Of a DNA stretch of 64,000 nt, positions 28,470 through 38,254 are shown piece by piece. The position numbers and the translations under genes are program-made. How positions within the stretch are numbered: the stretch's first letter is position 1; every line of letters begins with the position of its first letter. The DNA lies in NCBI GenBank assembly GCA_963703225.1, contig OY969801.1, forward strand, positions 2,240,001 to 2,304,000, read 5' to 3'. The notes under the pieces were generated by a model that made no database searches, was not told the origin of the DNA, and saw only the letters and a program-made list of their open reading frames with translations. Source of the stretch: Candidatus Eiseniibacteriota bacterium (GTDB lineage: Bacteria > Eisenbacteria > RBG-16-71-46 > SZUA-252).

Positions 28470-29242
28470 TTGGTCGCGATGATCGCGCAGAAGTTGTACC
28501 ACTTGAAGAAGACGTCCACGTGTCGGAAGCCCTGGTCCCGCAGAAGTTCCTTGTTCTCCTCGAGCCGGTAGGGGATCAGGACATTCTCGAGCGCCTCGCG
28601 CTTCCGCGAGATCTCCAGCTCGCTGTAGCCATTCTCCCTCTTCATCTCATAGTAGTGATCGATGAAGAGCCGGTTGAACGTGGAGTTCTCCCCGAGCACC
28701 TTCTCGACGAGGATCAACGCACCGTTCTCCGTCAGCCCGTCGTAAATGCTCCGGATCACGCGCTGACGGTAGAGGGGGCGGACAAATTGGAGTGTGAGCA
28801 CCATGAGCACGACGGAGGCGCCGTCGATCCGCACGCCCGCGTTCAGATCGGCGCACTCCAGCTCGAAGGGGCGGCCGAAGCCGCTCCCCGAAAGCTTTCG
28901 CCGCGCGATCTCGAGCATCTCGGGGGAGTAATCGACACCGACGTAGCGGACGTTGCGATCGCGGGGAACGGTCTGCGCGATCTGGAGGAACGTCGTCCCG
29001 GTGGAGCAGCCCAAGTCGTAGATCGCGGTCCCCTCCGCCGCGAAATCGGAGACCAGCTCCCCGATCATCTTTTGAATCTCGTCGTAGAAGGGGACAGACC
29101 GCCCCAGCATGTCGTCAAAGACGGCGGCGGTCTCTTTCCCGAAATCGAAGTCGGCGATGCGCTTCGTCGGCACGGCAAAGATCTCATCCCGCACCCCCAC
29201 CAATTCGTCCTTGGCGGGACGCGTCAGACCACGCTTATCCAT
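28466..29242 (-). CDS. cmoA: Carboxy-S-adenosyl-L-methionine synthase
   Basis: VFDDMLGRSVPFY, YDLGCSTG, LTLQF, GYSELEISRKREALENVL (compare E. coli GYSELEISQKRSMLENVM). Confidence 0.88.
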   Translation of the reverse strand: MDKRGLTRPAKDELVGVRDEIFAVPTKRIADFDFGKETAAVFDDMLGRSVPFYDEIQKMIGELVSDFAAEGTAIYDLGCSTGTTFLQIAQTVPRDRNVRYVGVDYSPEMLEIARRKLSGSGFGRPFELECADLNAGVRIDGASVVLMVLTLQFVRPLYRQRVIRSIYDGLTENGALILVEKVLGENSTFNRLFIDHYYEMKRENGYSELEISRKREALENVLIPYRLEENKELLRDQGFRHVDVFFKWYNFCAIIATK

Positions 29243-30342
29243 TAGGTTCTCCCAAGAGCTGCCTCCCGCGGCACCGCGGTCAGGCCGCCGAGGTCTTCGA
29301 GAAACGCGGCGAACTCGGCCAGATCGAGCTGCTGGAATCCATCCGAGAGCGCTTGGTCCGGCCGATCGTGGATCTCGATCATCAGCCCGTCCGCGCCGGC
29401 GGCCAATGCGGCCCGCCCGCACGGGGCCATGATGTCCTTGCGCCCGAGGGCGTGACTCAAGTCCACGATCACGGGGAGCGAGGTTTCATTCTGGAGCAAC
29501 GGAACCGCCGAGATGTCGAGCGTATATCGCGTCGCGCGCTCGAAGGTCCGGATGCCGCGCTCACAGAGGACAACCGCTTCGTTGCCGCCGGAGAGAATGT
29601 ACTCCGCGGAGAGGAGCAGCTCCTCCAGGGTCGCCATGAACGCGCGCTTGAGGAGGACCGGCTTACCCACGCGCCCGACGGCCTTGAGCAGCTCCGTATT
29701 GAACATGTTGCGGGCGCCGATTTGGAGCATATCCGCGTGCTCGACGACCACGTCGAGAGTCGCGGTGTCCAGCACCTCGGTGACCACGCTGAGCCCGTGC
29801 CGGTCGGCGGCCTCACGAAGGATCCGAAGCCCCTCCTCCCTCAGCCCCTGGAACGCGTACGGGTTTGTGCGGGGCTTGAACGCGCCCGCCCGGAGGATCT
29901 TCTTCCCCGGAAGCCGGGCGATGAACGCGGCGATCGAATCCATCTGCTCGGGCGTCTCCACCGAGCAAGGGCCCAGAAAGAAGACCGGATCCCCACGTCC
30001 GATCGCGACATCCCCCACTCGAATACCCGCTTCCGGGACGAGGCCCTCACGAAAAACGTGCATCGTCTTCCGTCGCTCCCGATCCTGAATGTCGAGTGAA
30101 GCGCGAAAGATCGCTTTGAAAATCTCCCGAACTTCCGTGGACCGGAAGGGGCCCACGGCGGCCGAAGTGAGGCTCTGCAGCATGTCCTCTTCCCGCTTGG
30201 CGTCGTAGCCGTCGATGCCCTGAGCCCGTTTGAGGGCCGCAATTTCGAGCACGACTTCGCCTCGCCTCTGTATGTAGGAGAGGATCTTCTCGTTCAGGAG
30301 GTCGATTTCGCTGCGGAGGGCGCTCAGCCTGGGTTCCGTCAT
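29242..30342 (-). CDS. Bifunctional chorismate mutase / DAHP synthase (Bacillus AroA(G)-type)
   Basis: N-terminal LRSEIDLLNEKIL...YDAKREEDML (AroQ); GPCSVE, GAFKPRT, QIGARNM, LCERGIRTF. Confidence 0.92.
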   Translation of the reverse strand: MTEPRLSALRSEIDLLNEKILSYIQRRGEVVLEIAALKRAQGIDGYDAKREEDMLQSLTSAAVGPFRSTEVREIFKAIFRASLDIQDRERRKTMHVFREGLVPEAGIRVGDVAIGRGDPVFFLGPCSVETPEQMDSIAAFIARLPGKKILRAGAFKPRTNPYAFQGLREEGLRILREAADRHGLSVVTEVLDTATLDVVVEHADMLQIGARNMFNTELLKAVGRVGKPVLLKRAFMATLEELLLSAEYILSGGNEAVVLCERGIRTFERATRYTLDISAVPLLQNETSLPVIVDLSHALGRKDIMAPCGRAALAAGADGLMIEIHDRPDQALSDGFQQLDLAEFAAFLEDLGGLTAVPREAALGRT

Positions 30343-30437
30343 GGGCCGTGAAAGTCTAGTCCACGCCAGGGCCCCGCGCAATGGGAGGTTCAGCCCGGGC
30401 CCGCCGATGGCCGGCCGGCAACGCGGGCCATCGCCGC

Positions 30438-31247
30438 CTACCTCCGCCTGATCGACTTCAGCTCGTCGCGCTCGCTCCCATCCTCAGCCGTCACGAGGAC
30501 GAGCCCGACCCCTGGGGCGTAGTACTTGTACTCGCGCACGTCGGGCGCCAAGGCCGACCACTCGATGATCTTGAGGCACCGCGTGAACCGTCCGTAGGGT
30601 ACGGTCACCCGCTTGTTCAGGCCGACGATGCGGGCCCGGTCCTCGGCGACGCCGGGGGCATTTTCCTGCGCGTACTCCAAGCCGACTCGGGGCCTCGCCT
30701 GCATGATGATTCCGGGCAGAGCGCCGTCCCTCCCGGCCTCCCACGTTCCCTCCGTGCTCACGACCACGCCGTTCTCGTACTCCTTCGTGTCCTCTCCGAA
30801 GTACCAGACGTTGCCGTCATCGTCCTGCGCGTGGAGGTCGTACGTGTCCTCCCGCAGCGAGCCGTTCACGAACACCTGGTCGTGGATGATCGTGGTCCTG
30901 ACGCCGAGGACCATCTTCGTTCCGCGGGTTACCTCGAACTTGGTCGTCGCGACGCCTTCATCGGTCTCCTGCTTGTATGTGAAGACCGTGCCCGGGATCA
31001 GCGGAAAGTACGGGTTATCGATCTTGGCGACGAAATCGTGCGGATCGAAGTCGTCAGACTTCGAATCATCGCGATCGCGGCTGGCTTGGGGTGGCGAGCC
31101 CTGAGCGGCGGACCCGTCGAGGCCGGCCTGGGCCCCGGGAGCCACCGGGTTCAGTCGGCCCGAGGATTGGTCCTGGCTGCACCCCGCCAGGCCCAAGAGC
31201 GTGAGGACAAGGGCGATGGTCGGAACAGAATTCGCGTGGATTCTCAT
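30438..31247 (-). CDS. Hypothetical lipoprotein
   Basis: Lipobox LAGC; IDNPYFPL, AQDDDGNVWYFGE, KYYAPGVGLV. Confidence 0.8.
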   Translation of the reverse strand: MRIHANSVPTIALVLTLLGLAGCSQDQSSGRLNPVAPGAQAGLDGSAAQGSPPQASRDRDDSKSDDFDPHDFVAKIDNPYFPLIPGTVFTYKQETDEGVATTKFEVTRGTKMVLGVRTTIIHDQVFVNGSLREDTYDLHAQDDDGNVWYFGEDTKEYENGVVVSTEGTWEAGRDGALPGIIMQARPRVGLEYAQENAPGVAEDRARIVGLNKRVTVPYGRFTRCLKIIEWSALAPDVREYKYYAPGVGLVLVTAEDGSERDELKSIRRR

Positions 31248-31304
31248 CGGTCAATCCCCCCTCGGTCGAATCGTGGATCGGTGGAGCACCAGTCTTCGCA
31301 GAGA

Positions 31305-31333
31305 AGGAACCGACGAGGGCGAGGCTTTGTGAC
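31305..31333 (-). promoter_or_regulatory. Putative ECF sigma promoter (copy 1)
   Basis: GTCACAAA-N13-CGGTTCCT; identical arms and spacing at 32705-32733. Confidence 0.65.
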
Positions 31334-31352
31334 GAGGGCGCGAGCCCGGCGG

Positions 31353-32096
31353 TCAGCGTCCGGAGGGCTCGAACGTCACGATGTAGGTGCCGGACGGATC
31401 GACCCGGCCTCCCGTGATGATGCGGGATCCGGCCTTGGTAAAGCGCAGCTCCCCGTCAACCCGGATCTCGACCCATGCCGCGGCGCGGGGAATTTGGACC
31501 TCGTAGCTGGCCGAGGACCCCTCGTTTCGGATGAGGAGCTCGTCGACCCCGGACGTGAAGGTCACGGCGCCGAGCGGCGCGCGAACCACGACGTCGGCGC
31601 CCTCCGCCAGCGACACCCGGGCTCGCCCCTCCGATTGGGACGACGTGAAGAGGAGGACGAATCTCTGCCCGGGGTTGACCGCGATGCCCGCGACCCGCTG
31701 ATCGGAGCCTTGGCTAGGGACCGGAACGGATCCCGGCGGCTTCGCGTGCGACCCGATCCTCCCCGCCAAGGCGTCGACCCACGCCTTCACAGGAGAGCCC
31801 GGCGCCGCGTAGACCGCGCCGCCCACACCCAGGGCCAAGAGGATGATCGCTGCTCGACGGACCCATGTGAGGTCGCGTCCCTGCGCCCTCGCGGCGATCG
31901 TCTCGACGTCGACGGACGGCGGAGGGTCGTCCACGACCCCGAGGAGCGCGCGAACCTGCTCTCCTTCCCGCTCCGCGTCGGCGACCCGGCGGCGGCATTC
32001 GCTGCACCCAGCGAGGTGCTCGCGGACTCGGATTTCCTCTTGCATCGAAAGCTCCCGGTCCAGGAGGCGCTGGACCTGTTCCTCGTCAAGGTGCAC
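31353..32096 (-). CDS. Zinc-finger anti-sigma factor (zf-HC2)
   Basis: HLAGCSECR motif, single TM, overlaps the sigma gene. Confidence 0.85.
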   Translation of the reverse strand: MHLDEEQVQRLLDRELSMQEEIRVREHLAGCSECRRRVADAEREGEQVRALLGVVDDPPPSVDVETIAARAQGRDLTWVRRAAIILLALGVGGAVYAAPGSPVKAWVDALAGRIGSHAKPPGSVPVPSQGSDQRVAGIAVNPGQRFVLLFTSSQSEGRARVSLAEGADVVVRAPLGAVTFTSGVDELLIRNEGSSASYEVQIPRAAAWVEIRVDGELRFTKAGSRIITGGRVDPSGTYIVTFEPSGR

Positions 32097-32688
32097 CGAA
32101 TGCCTCCTCGTAGGCTTTCTGGAACGCCTTCCTCGCGCGGGCCAACAGAACCCCGACGCTCGCCTCGTTCATGTTGAGCGCCTCCGCGATCTCCCTGTAG
32201 CGATACCCTTCCGCCTGGAGAAGCAGCATTCGCCGTTCCCGCTCCGGCACCCGCTCGAGCGCCGCGCGAACCCTTTGACGGGAAGCCCCCGCGGTAACCG
32301 CCTGATCGGGCGAAGGCGGTGGGTCGGCCAATACGCCCTCGCTGCGCGTCGGCGTCAGAAGCCGAAGGCGCCGGCTCTGGGTGGACTTCGCGTTCCGCAG
32401 CAGATTCATCGCGACGCTGATCAGCCAGGCCTCGGGCGCATCCGGTAGCGAGCCCCTCCGGTAGAGCTTCACGAAAGCCTCCTGGACGACGTCGGCGGCC
32501 AAGTCGGGGTCGCTGGAGAGGCGATTTAGATACCGGTGGAGCTTCCGGAAGTGCCCATCAAAGAGGTCCGCGAACTGGTCGTGGAAGGACGGTTTCGCAT
32601 CGGGCAACGGAGCGGCATCCTCCCGTCGGCGCGTCCGTGGGCCCGCCGACGACATGTCCCCGCACTGGGCTTGTCCCCATCCGTCCAC
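32086..32688 (-). CDS. ECF RNA polymerase sigma-70 factor
   Basis: AADVVQEAFVKLY, AWLISVAMNL, YREIAEALNMNEASVGVLLARAR. Confidence 0.92.
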   Translation of the reverse strand: MDGWGQAQCGDMSSAGPRTRRREDAAPLPDAKPSFHDQFADLFDGHFRKLHRYLNRLSSDPDLAADVVQEAFVKLYRRGSLPDAPEAWLISVAMNLLRNAKSTQSRRLRLLTPTRSEGVLADPPPSPDQAVTAGASRQRVRAALERVPERERRMLLLQAEGYRYREIAEALNMNEASVGVLLARARKAFQKAYEEAFGAP

Positions 32689-32704
32689 TCCTGCCTCCGC
32701 AACG

Positions 32705-32733
32705 AGGAACCGGAGGCCAGGCGGTTTTGTGAC
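32705..32733 (-). promoter_or_regulatory. Putative ECF autoregulatory promoter (copy 2)
   Basis: GTCACAAA-N13-CGGTTCCT directly upstream of the sigma gene. Confidence 0.65.
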
Positions 32734-32751
32734 AAGCCGGGAGCGTCCGGA

Positions 32752-35019
32752 TCAGAAATCCCAGTCGAGCCCAACGACGAGTGGAGCCAGCGGACGCATC
32801 TCGACTCCGACGGGTTTGCCGGTCGAGACGTCGGGGGCGTACGTGAGCATGTTCTTCCGGCCGAGGATATTCGTGACCGTGCCGAAGAGTGCGAACGACG
32901 CGGCACGTCCTCCGATGCCGAGGCGCCAGAGCTTTCGGACACCGAGGTCGACGCGGAAGTAGGCGGGCAGCGCCGTCGCCCCCAGCGATCCCCCGCCCTG
33001 GCGCGGGCTGCCGCCGAACTCGCATCCCTTATCCAGGAGGTTGCACGCTTCCCACTCGAAGCCGTCGGTGACGCTGGTCGTGCGGCGCCCCATGGCGGCC
33101 GCCGCGCCGACGCGGATGGAGGCCGTGGCGGTCGGAAAGACGATCACTCCTCCTTCCAAGAGATGCCTCGCCGCGCTTTCCGGGACGTAGCTCCCGCCGC
33201 CGTATGCGAGCCTCGCGAATTGCAGGCCGTAGCTCGCGACCACGTTATAGCCCGGAGCGGTTAACGCCGCGTCCGCGGTGATGCCCTGCGCATTTTCGGA
33301 TCCGACGGCTACGGCACCCGTTGCGAAAGGCTCGTCCTCCCACGGGGCAACGAGCAGCAGCCCGTTGGAATGGCGCTGGTACGCCTGCACCCCAACACGG
33401 ACGCCGCCCGAGGGGCGGTACTCGGCCGCGACCACTCCCTGATCGCACCGGGCGACCGGCACCCCTTTGGCCCCCGCGCCGACGTAGAGGTCGACCGGGA
33501 ACACATTGCCCACCACCGACTCCGCATTTCGGAGCGATTGAAAGAACTGGTGAGTTCGGGCGTAGCTGCCGGAGAGTGTGACCTGATTCGAAGCCTTCCA
33601 GATCAACTGCGCGTTGGGTCCCAGGTATGGCCCACCGCCGGTCACGGTAAGGAAGCCGCCCAGTCCCAATTCAAGACGTTGATCGAGCGCCCTCGAGTGC
33701 CGCGCGACGGCGGTGGCGAGCGGCCTCGTCGCCTCGACCCTCAAGGAGGGGCCACCCGTCGAATCGGATTCGACCCGATACGACGATCGGCTTTGCTCGA
33801 CGCGGATCTCGGCGATCGTGGTGGCGCGAGCTGAATTGTGCTGCACGCTTGCCAGAAAGCCTTTGTCGCGCCGGCCGGTTGCTATGTTCAAGGGCCTCGA
33901 GCGGGCAGCCCAAACGGAGCCCGCGTCCGCCAGCGCGTTCCACCCCAGGACGCGGATGGCGGTGCGCGTGAAGACGCGTCGCCATTGAGCCCCAATCGAC
34001 GCGCTGGACCACTCGAAATCGTTCCGGGTTGGGCTCTGGCTGGAGCCGTCCACCGCGGCCATGGCCGCGGCGGTGCTGAGGTCGTTCTCGTTGGCGTATC
34101 CGAGGAGGGAGACCCGACCGCCGAACGCCGGCGCCTCCATCTTAGCGAGCCAGTCGCCGACGTCGCCTTTCATGTAGGTCCCCTCGTCCTTGGGGGCCAT
34201 TCGGTCGGGAACCCCGGATCGAAGGCTGAGGAGGTAGCCCACCCCACCCTTGCCCAGCGGGCCTTCGAATGTGGCGCGCGATTGGAGCGTGCTGACGCTC
34301 CCCTGGGCGCGGACCTGACTCCCGGGCGTGCGCGTGGCTGCCTCGACGGTCCCCGCGAGCGCATAGGGATATCCGAGCGAGGGAGCTGCCGAGGAGAGGT
34401 GGAGGTTGGAGAGCGCATCGGGATTCCAGCCGCTGGCCATTCCGGCCGCGTGGTAGGGATTGAACACGGGGATACCGTCGAGCAGATACGCCGTCTCGTC
34501 CGAGGCGCCACCCCGGATTTGAACCCCGCTCGGTGACTCGGGCCTCAGAAAAACCTCGCCCCCGCTCAGTGCCTGGAGGGCGTCAGGCTCGGCCAGGAGG
34601 GGGTTGTTCCGTATCTCGGCTGATGAAAGGTCGCGGTCGGGGTACGCGGGCGCGCCCACGCCCCGGGACTCCGAGGAGAAGCCCGCAGCGAGGACGTCGA
34701 CGGCCGGAATCGGGACGGGGTCGGGAAGAAGCCAGACGTTGATCTCCAGCTCCCCCTCGCTCGGTACGATCGCTTGGAGGGAGCGCTGGGCGTAGCCGAT
34801 GAAGCGAACGGTGATCTGGTTGGGTCCGGCAGGGACGTCGCGGAGGTTGTAGTGGCCCGCGGAGTCGGAAGAGGTGGCCCGGTCGAGCGCGGACAGCGCG
34901 ACCTCTGCACCTTCGATGGGCCGGTGGGTCTGGGCGTCGCGCACCGTCCCGACGACCGCTCCCTGCGCCGCCTGCACCGCGAGCATGATCTGAAGCGCGC
35001 CCAAAACGAGGGACCTCAA
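32752..35019 (-). CDS. TonB-dependent receptor-like protein with carboxypeptidase-regulatory-like N-domain
   Basis: GTVRDAQT..PIEGAEV, IRGGASDETAYLLDGIPVFNPYH plug, LPAYFRVDLG, terminal Phe. Confidence 0.85.
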   Translation of the reverse strand: MRSLVLGALQIMLAVQAAQGAVVGTVRDAQTHRPIEGAEVALSALDRATSSDSAGHYNLRDVPAGPNQITVRFIGYAQRSLQAIVPSEGELEINVWLLPDPVPIPAVDVLAAGFSSESRGVGAPAYPDRDLSSAEIRNNPLLAEPDALQALSGGEVFLRPESPSGVQIRGGASDETAYLLDGIPVFNPYHAAGMASGWNPDALSNLHLSSAAPSLGYPYALAGTVEAATRTPGSQVRAQGSVSTLQSRATFEGPLGKGGVGYLLSLRSGVPDRMAPKDEGTYMKGDVGDWLAKMEAPAFGGRVSLLGYANENDLSTAAAMAAVDGSSQSPTRNDFEWSSASIGAQWRRVFTRTAIRVLGWNALADAGSVWAARSRPLNIATGRRDKGFLASVQHNSARATTIAEIRVEQSRSSYRVESDSTGGPSLRVEATRPLATAVARHSRALDQRLELGLGGFLTVTGGGPYLGPNAQLIWKASNQVTLSGSYARTHQFFQSLRNAESVVGNVFPVDLYVGAGAKGVPVARCDQGVVAAEYRPSGGVRVGVQAYQRHSNGLLLVAPWEDEPFATGAVAVGSENAQGITADAALTAPGYNVVASYGLQFARLAYGGGSYVPESAARHLLEGGVIVFPTATASIRVGAAAAMGRRTTSVTDGFEWEACNLLDKGCEFGGSPRQGGGSLGATALPAYFRVDLGVRKLWRLGIGGRAASFALFGTVTNILGRKNMLTYAPDVSTGKPVGVEMRPLAPLVVGLDWDF

Positions 35020-35101
35020 ACAACCTCCTCGGCTCCAGGAACGGGACGGCCTCGGCTGGCAGGATGAACCAACTCAAGTCTATACGATTGGTTACAGAGT
35101 T

Positions 35102-36082
35102 CTACTCGGAGTTTGCTCTTCCGGTTCCGGGCAGGCGGGGCCGTTTCCTTGCGTTTCTTCGGGAGGGGCCTTGAGCGACGCGGCGGGGCCGGCGACGGTG
35201 GTCCCACGGGACCAGGGCTAGCGCGCTGCTCGAGCGCCAGACATCGACCAGGTCGGCCGCCACGGTGTCCGCAACCGCGCGATCTCCCCAGTAACCGAGG
35301 TGGGAGAGCGGATTCCAGCGGGCGAAGATCGATCCCACGTCGACCGGCCGATCTTCGGTCACCGCCGCGCGATAACGCGCGCAGAGCGATTTCAGGGGAT
35401 AGCCGACGACGTCGTCCGGGTCATACAGATTGATCCACTTGGGAACGAGGCCCGGGTGGTGTCGCGAGAGAGCGCGCGGCGGAAACTGGATGGGATCCCC
35501 AAAGTGGGGATAGCGGAGGCCCCAGAGCGCGATGGGGCTCCCCATCGTGTAGAAGAGGGTAAACGTCTCGCCCTGTTCCATCGGCGTCCGTCCGATCGCC
35601 GAGCGGACGTGGGGACAGAGGAACGAGCGGCGGCGCTTGCCCAAATCGTAGATGTAGTTGCTTGCGATGACCGTCCCCAGACTGTGGGCGATCAGGCAAA
35701 GCGGGGCCCTTGGCCCGGCGCGGGCCGCGAGCCGGCCCAGGCCCTCGGCCACCTCGTGGTGCACCGCGTCATAGGCGGACCGGTTCGACGGGACCGGCTG
35801 ATACGCGATCGCGTCGGCGGCGAAGTCGATCATGAAGTGGCGGAGCCGCCCGTAGTGCATCGCCCCGGCCGGGACCAGCTGGCGCCAGAGCCGATCCTCC
35901 CGGCTTTGGAGCGCCTCGCTCCAATTGATCTCCTCGAAGACGAGCTGCGACGCGGGATCGTCCGACTCGCGGCCGATGCGCGCGGCGAACCGGCGCAAGA
36001 GGGCGCGCTGCATGGCGGCCGAGTACCCCGGATGGGTTCGACCGATTCCGTGGATGAAGGCGATGGCGATTGGGTGCGGCAT
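35102..36082 (-). CDS. Alpha/beta-hydrolase-like hypothetical protein
   Basis: FIHGIG, IAHSLG, TMGSP, WINLYDPDDVVGYPL, SHLGYW. Confidence 0.8.
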   Translation of the reverse strand: MPHPIAIAFIHGIGRTHPGYSAAMQRALLRRFAARIGRESDDPASQLVFEEINWSEALQSREDRLWRQLVPAGAMHYGRLRHFMIDFAADAIAYQPVPSNRSAYDAVHHEVAEGLGRLAARAGPRAPLCLIAHSLGTVIASNYIYDLGKRRRSFLCPHVRSAIGRTPMEQGETFTLFYTMGSPIALWGLRYPHFGDPIQFPPRALSRHHPGLVPKWINLYDPDDVVGYPLKSLCARYRAAVTEDRPVDVGSIFARWNPLSHLGYWGDRAVADTVAADLVDVWRSSSALALVPWDHRRRPRRVAQGPSRRNARKRPRLPGTGRANSE

Positions 36083-36165
36083 GATGAACCCCTTGGGATT
36101 ATCGGCAGAGGGGTCCAGGGGTTGAGGGGATTCCCAGAGGCTCGTTCGTGGGATAGGGTTGCGGG

Positions 36166-36447
36166 ATGGCCTTCCAGGGGAATTGGCTTGCTCGAAGGCG
36201 GTCAGCGCGGTGGATCGCGGTGCTCGCCGACGTGTTTCAGATCGTGGTCTTCCCCGCCTTCTTTCCTGGGATCGTGTCGCCGCTCAACGACATTCTGGAC
36301 GTGGCCGTCGCGATCGTGATGGTCGCCCTCGTCGGATGGCACATCGCGTTCCTTCCCACGTTTCTCGCGGAGCTGGTGCCGGGGATCGGGCTCTTCCCCA
36401 CCTGGACGATCGCGGTTCTTTTCGTCACGAGGAAAGAGCCGAACTAG
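36166..36447 (+). CDS. Small hypothetical membrane protein
   Basis: Hydrophobic; FLPTFLAELVPGIGLFPTWT. Confidence 0.65.
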   Translation: MAFQGNWLARRRSARWIAVLADVFQIVVFPAFFPGIVSPLNDILDVAVAIVMVALVGWHIAFLPTFLAELVPGIGLFPTWTIAVLFVTRKEPN

Positions 36448-36956
36448 GCTTGCGCTTCCCGAGAGCGGACCACCGCGAGTGCTTGGCGAACGGCGCCCAG
36501 GTGATACGCTGTGTGCACGACGATGGCCAGGGCGCCTCCGAGCGCGTCCTTGCCATCCCAGGTCTTGTCCGCCTCTAATAGCCGCACGACATTCTGGTGC
36601 TCCGCCCGAAGCTCCTGGCGGATCGCGTCCCACTCTTCGGACGAAACCGGCCGAGCCTGTCTCCAGATTTCGTTCCAATCGATGTTGTCGGTGGGCTCGC
36701 CCCGGATGACCCGCTGGAGCACTTGCAGATAGAAGGAGACATGCCTCACATGGGCGGCGATGGTTGCCGACCGGTCTGACGCGGCGCGTGACGCCTCGGC
36801 CGCGGTCACGGAATCTACAGTCTCGAAGAACGAAGTCCCCTTGTCGAGATAGATGCCGCGGTGCGTCGCGAACGTCTCGTCGAGGAGCTGATGAATTTCG
36901 AGTCGGAACTGCTCGACCGGAAGTTTCCGCATCAGGGCGTCTTGGGCCATCCCCAT
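36444..36956 (-). CDS. DinB-family protein
   Basis: TIAAHVRH and HTAYHLGAVRQ metal-binding motifs. Confidence 0.8.
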   Translation of the reverse strand: MGMAQDALMRKLPVEQFRLEIHQLLDETFATHRGIYLDKGTSFFETVDSVTAAEASRAASDRSATIAAHVRHVSFYLQVLQRVIRGEPTDNIDWNEIWRQARPVSSEEWDAIRQELRAEHQNVVRLLEADKTWDGKDALGGALAIVVHTAYHLGAVRQALAVVRSREAQA

Positions 36957-37567
36957 CCAAGCAAGACGCCGAACGTGACGCCTCCCGCCTTGACGGTTCC
37001 ACCGGGGATCGGAACGCCCGACACGCCCGTGTAGGGATTGAAGTCGACATCGACCACGCTGTAGCGCGCCGCGCCGCCGATGTTGAACGCCGTGCCCACG
37101 CGGTAGAACATTCCCGCTCCACCCCAGAAGCCGAACCCGCTCCCCTGGTCGCTCCCCGAGGTTCCCTGCTGGCTAACACTACCGTCCACCTTGGCGTGGG
37201 CCACGCCCGCGTTCACGTAGGGGTAGAACTTGTCCTTGGTCCACGTCTTGTTCAGGCCGAGGCCAAATTCGTAGGTTGTCGCCTCGAATGTGCCCTGGAC
37301 GCCGCTGAATGTGGCGGCCTTGTCTCCGGAGGATCGGGAGGCATAGACATCGAGATGGACCGGCCACTTGGCGGGGCCAAAGGCCCCCTCGACGCCGAAG
37401 CTCGCCTGTTTGTCGATGGGATCCCAATCGTCCGAGTCGAACACCTTCTGGCCGATCATGAAATTCACGTACCCGGGCCCGGCGTGAGACGGCGCCGGGA
37501 ACGAGAGGAAGCAAAGCATCAGCACCGTGGGCACGAGGGCCAGGGCAACGCGGTCCATCCTTGTCAT
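36932..37567 (-). CDS. Outer-membrane beta-barrel protein
   Basis: Signal peptide, amphipathic strands (YPYVNAGVA, GFGFWGGAGMFY); GGAGG RBS. Confidence 0.8.
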   Translation of the reverse strand: MTRMDRVALALVPTVLMLCFLSFPAPSHAGPGYVNFMIGQKVFDSDDWDPIDKQASFGVEGAFGPAKWPVHLDVYASRSSGDKAATFSGVQGTFEATTYEFGLGLNKTWTKDKFYPYVNAGVAHAKVDGSVSQQGTSGSDQGSGFGFWGGAGMFYRVGTAFNIGGAARYSVVDVDFNPYTGVSGVPIPGGTVKAGGVTFGVLLGWGWPKTP

Positions 37568-37749
37568 GGTTCCTCCGAATCGGGGCGCGTCGTAGGCGTG
37601 AGAAAGGGAACGGTACGGTCGGCGAGGCCCGCCGGCAAGCACGAAACACTTGGCGCCCCCCTCCCGTTCGGCTACCGTCCCGTGGACGCCCCCCGGAAGC
37701 CCCGGGCCAATGGCGTCACGTCTACTGGCTGCCACGGAGGGACCGCGCC

Positions 37750-38250
37750 ATGCAGAACGTCATTCGCAAGGGAAGGCTTCCCGCTCGGCTCACGCACCTG
37801 GCCCTCGCCCTCGTGCTGGTGATCTTGGCATCGGGTATGGGTGCCGCCCCGTCGCTCGCTGCCCCCATCGGTTGGAACGTCTTCGGCGGGTGGTACACCG
37901 ACGGGACCGACGACGTCATGGCCGGGGTGGGCGCGCGGATTGGCGCGGGAGGGATCACGGTCAATCCGAACGCGGAGTGGATCTTCGTCGACAGCGGCTC
38001 GAGCTACGCGCTGAACCTCGACGCGACGCTGACCGTGCTCCCTCTTGGAGCGGCATCCGGGTGGTTGGGCGCCGGGCTGGGGCTCTTCACGATTGATCCG
38101 GACAGAGGCGATTCCAATACCGATACGGTGGGCAACCTCCTCGCCGGGGTCGGATTGAACGCGATCCCGCTCAAACCATACGCGCAGCTCAAGTACGTGT
38201 TCCGAGACGGCGACGATCCCCTGGTGTTCTCGATCGGCGCGCGGTTCTAG
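37750..38250 (+). CDS. Outer-membrane beta-barrel protein
   Basis: Signal peptide, amphipathic strands, C-terminal VFSIGARF. Confidence 0.75.
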   Translation: MQNVIRKGRLPARLTHLALALVLVILASGMGAAPSLAAPIGWNVFGGWYTDGTDDVMAGVGARIGAGGITVNPNAEWIFVDSGSSYALNLDATLTVLPLGAASGWLGAGLGLFTIDPDRGDSNTDTVGNLLAGVGLNAIPLKPYAQLKYVFRDGDDPLVFSIGARF

Positions 38251-38254
38251 ACTT

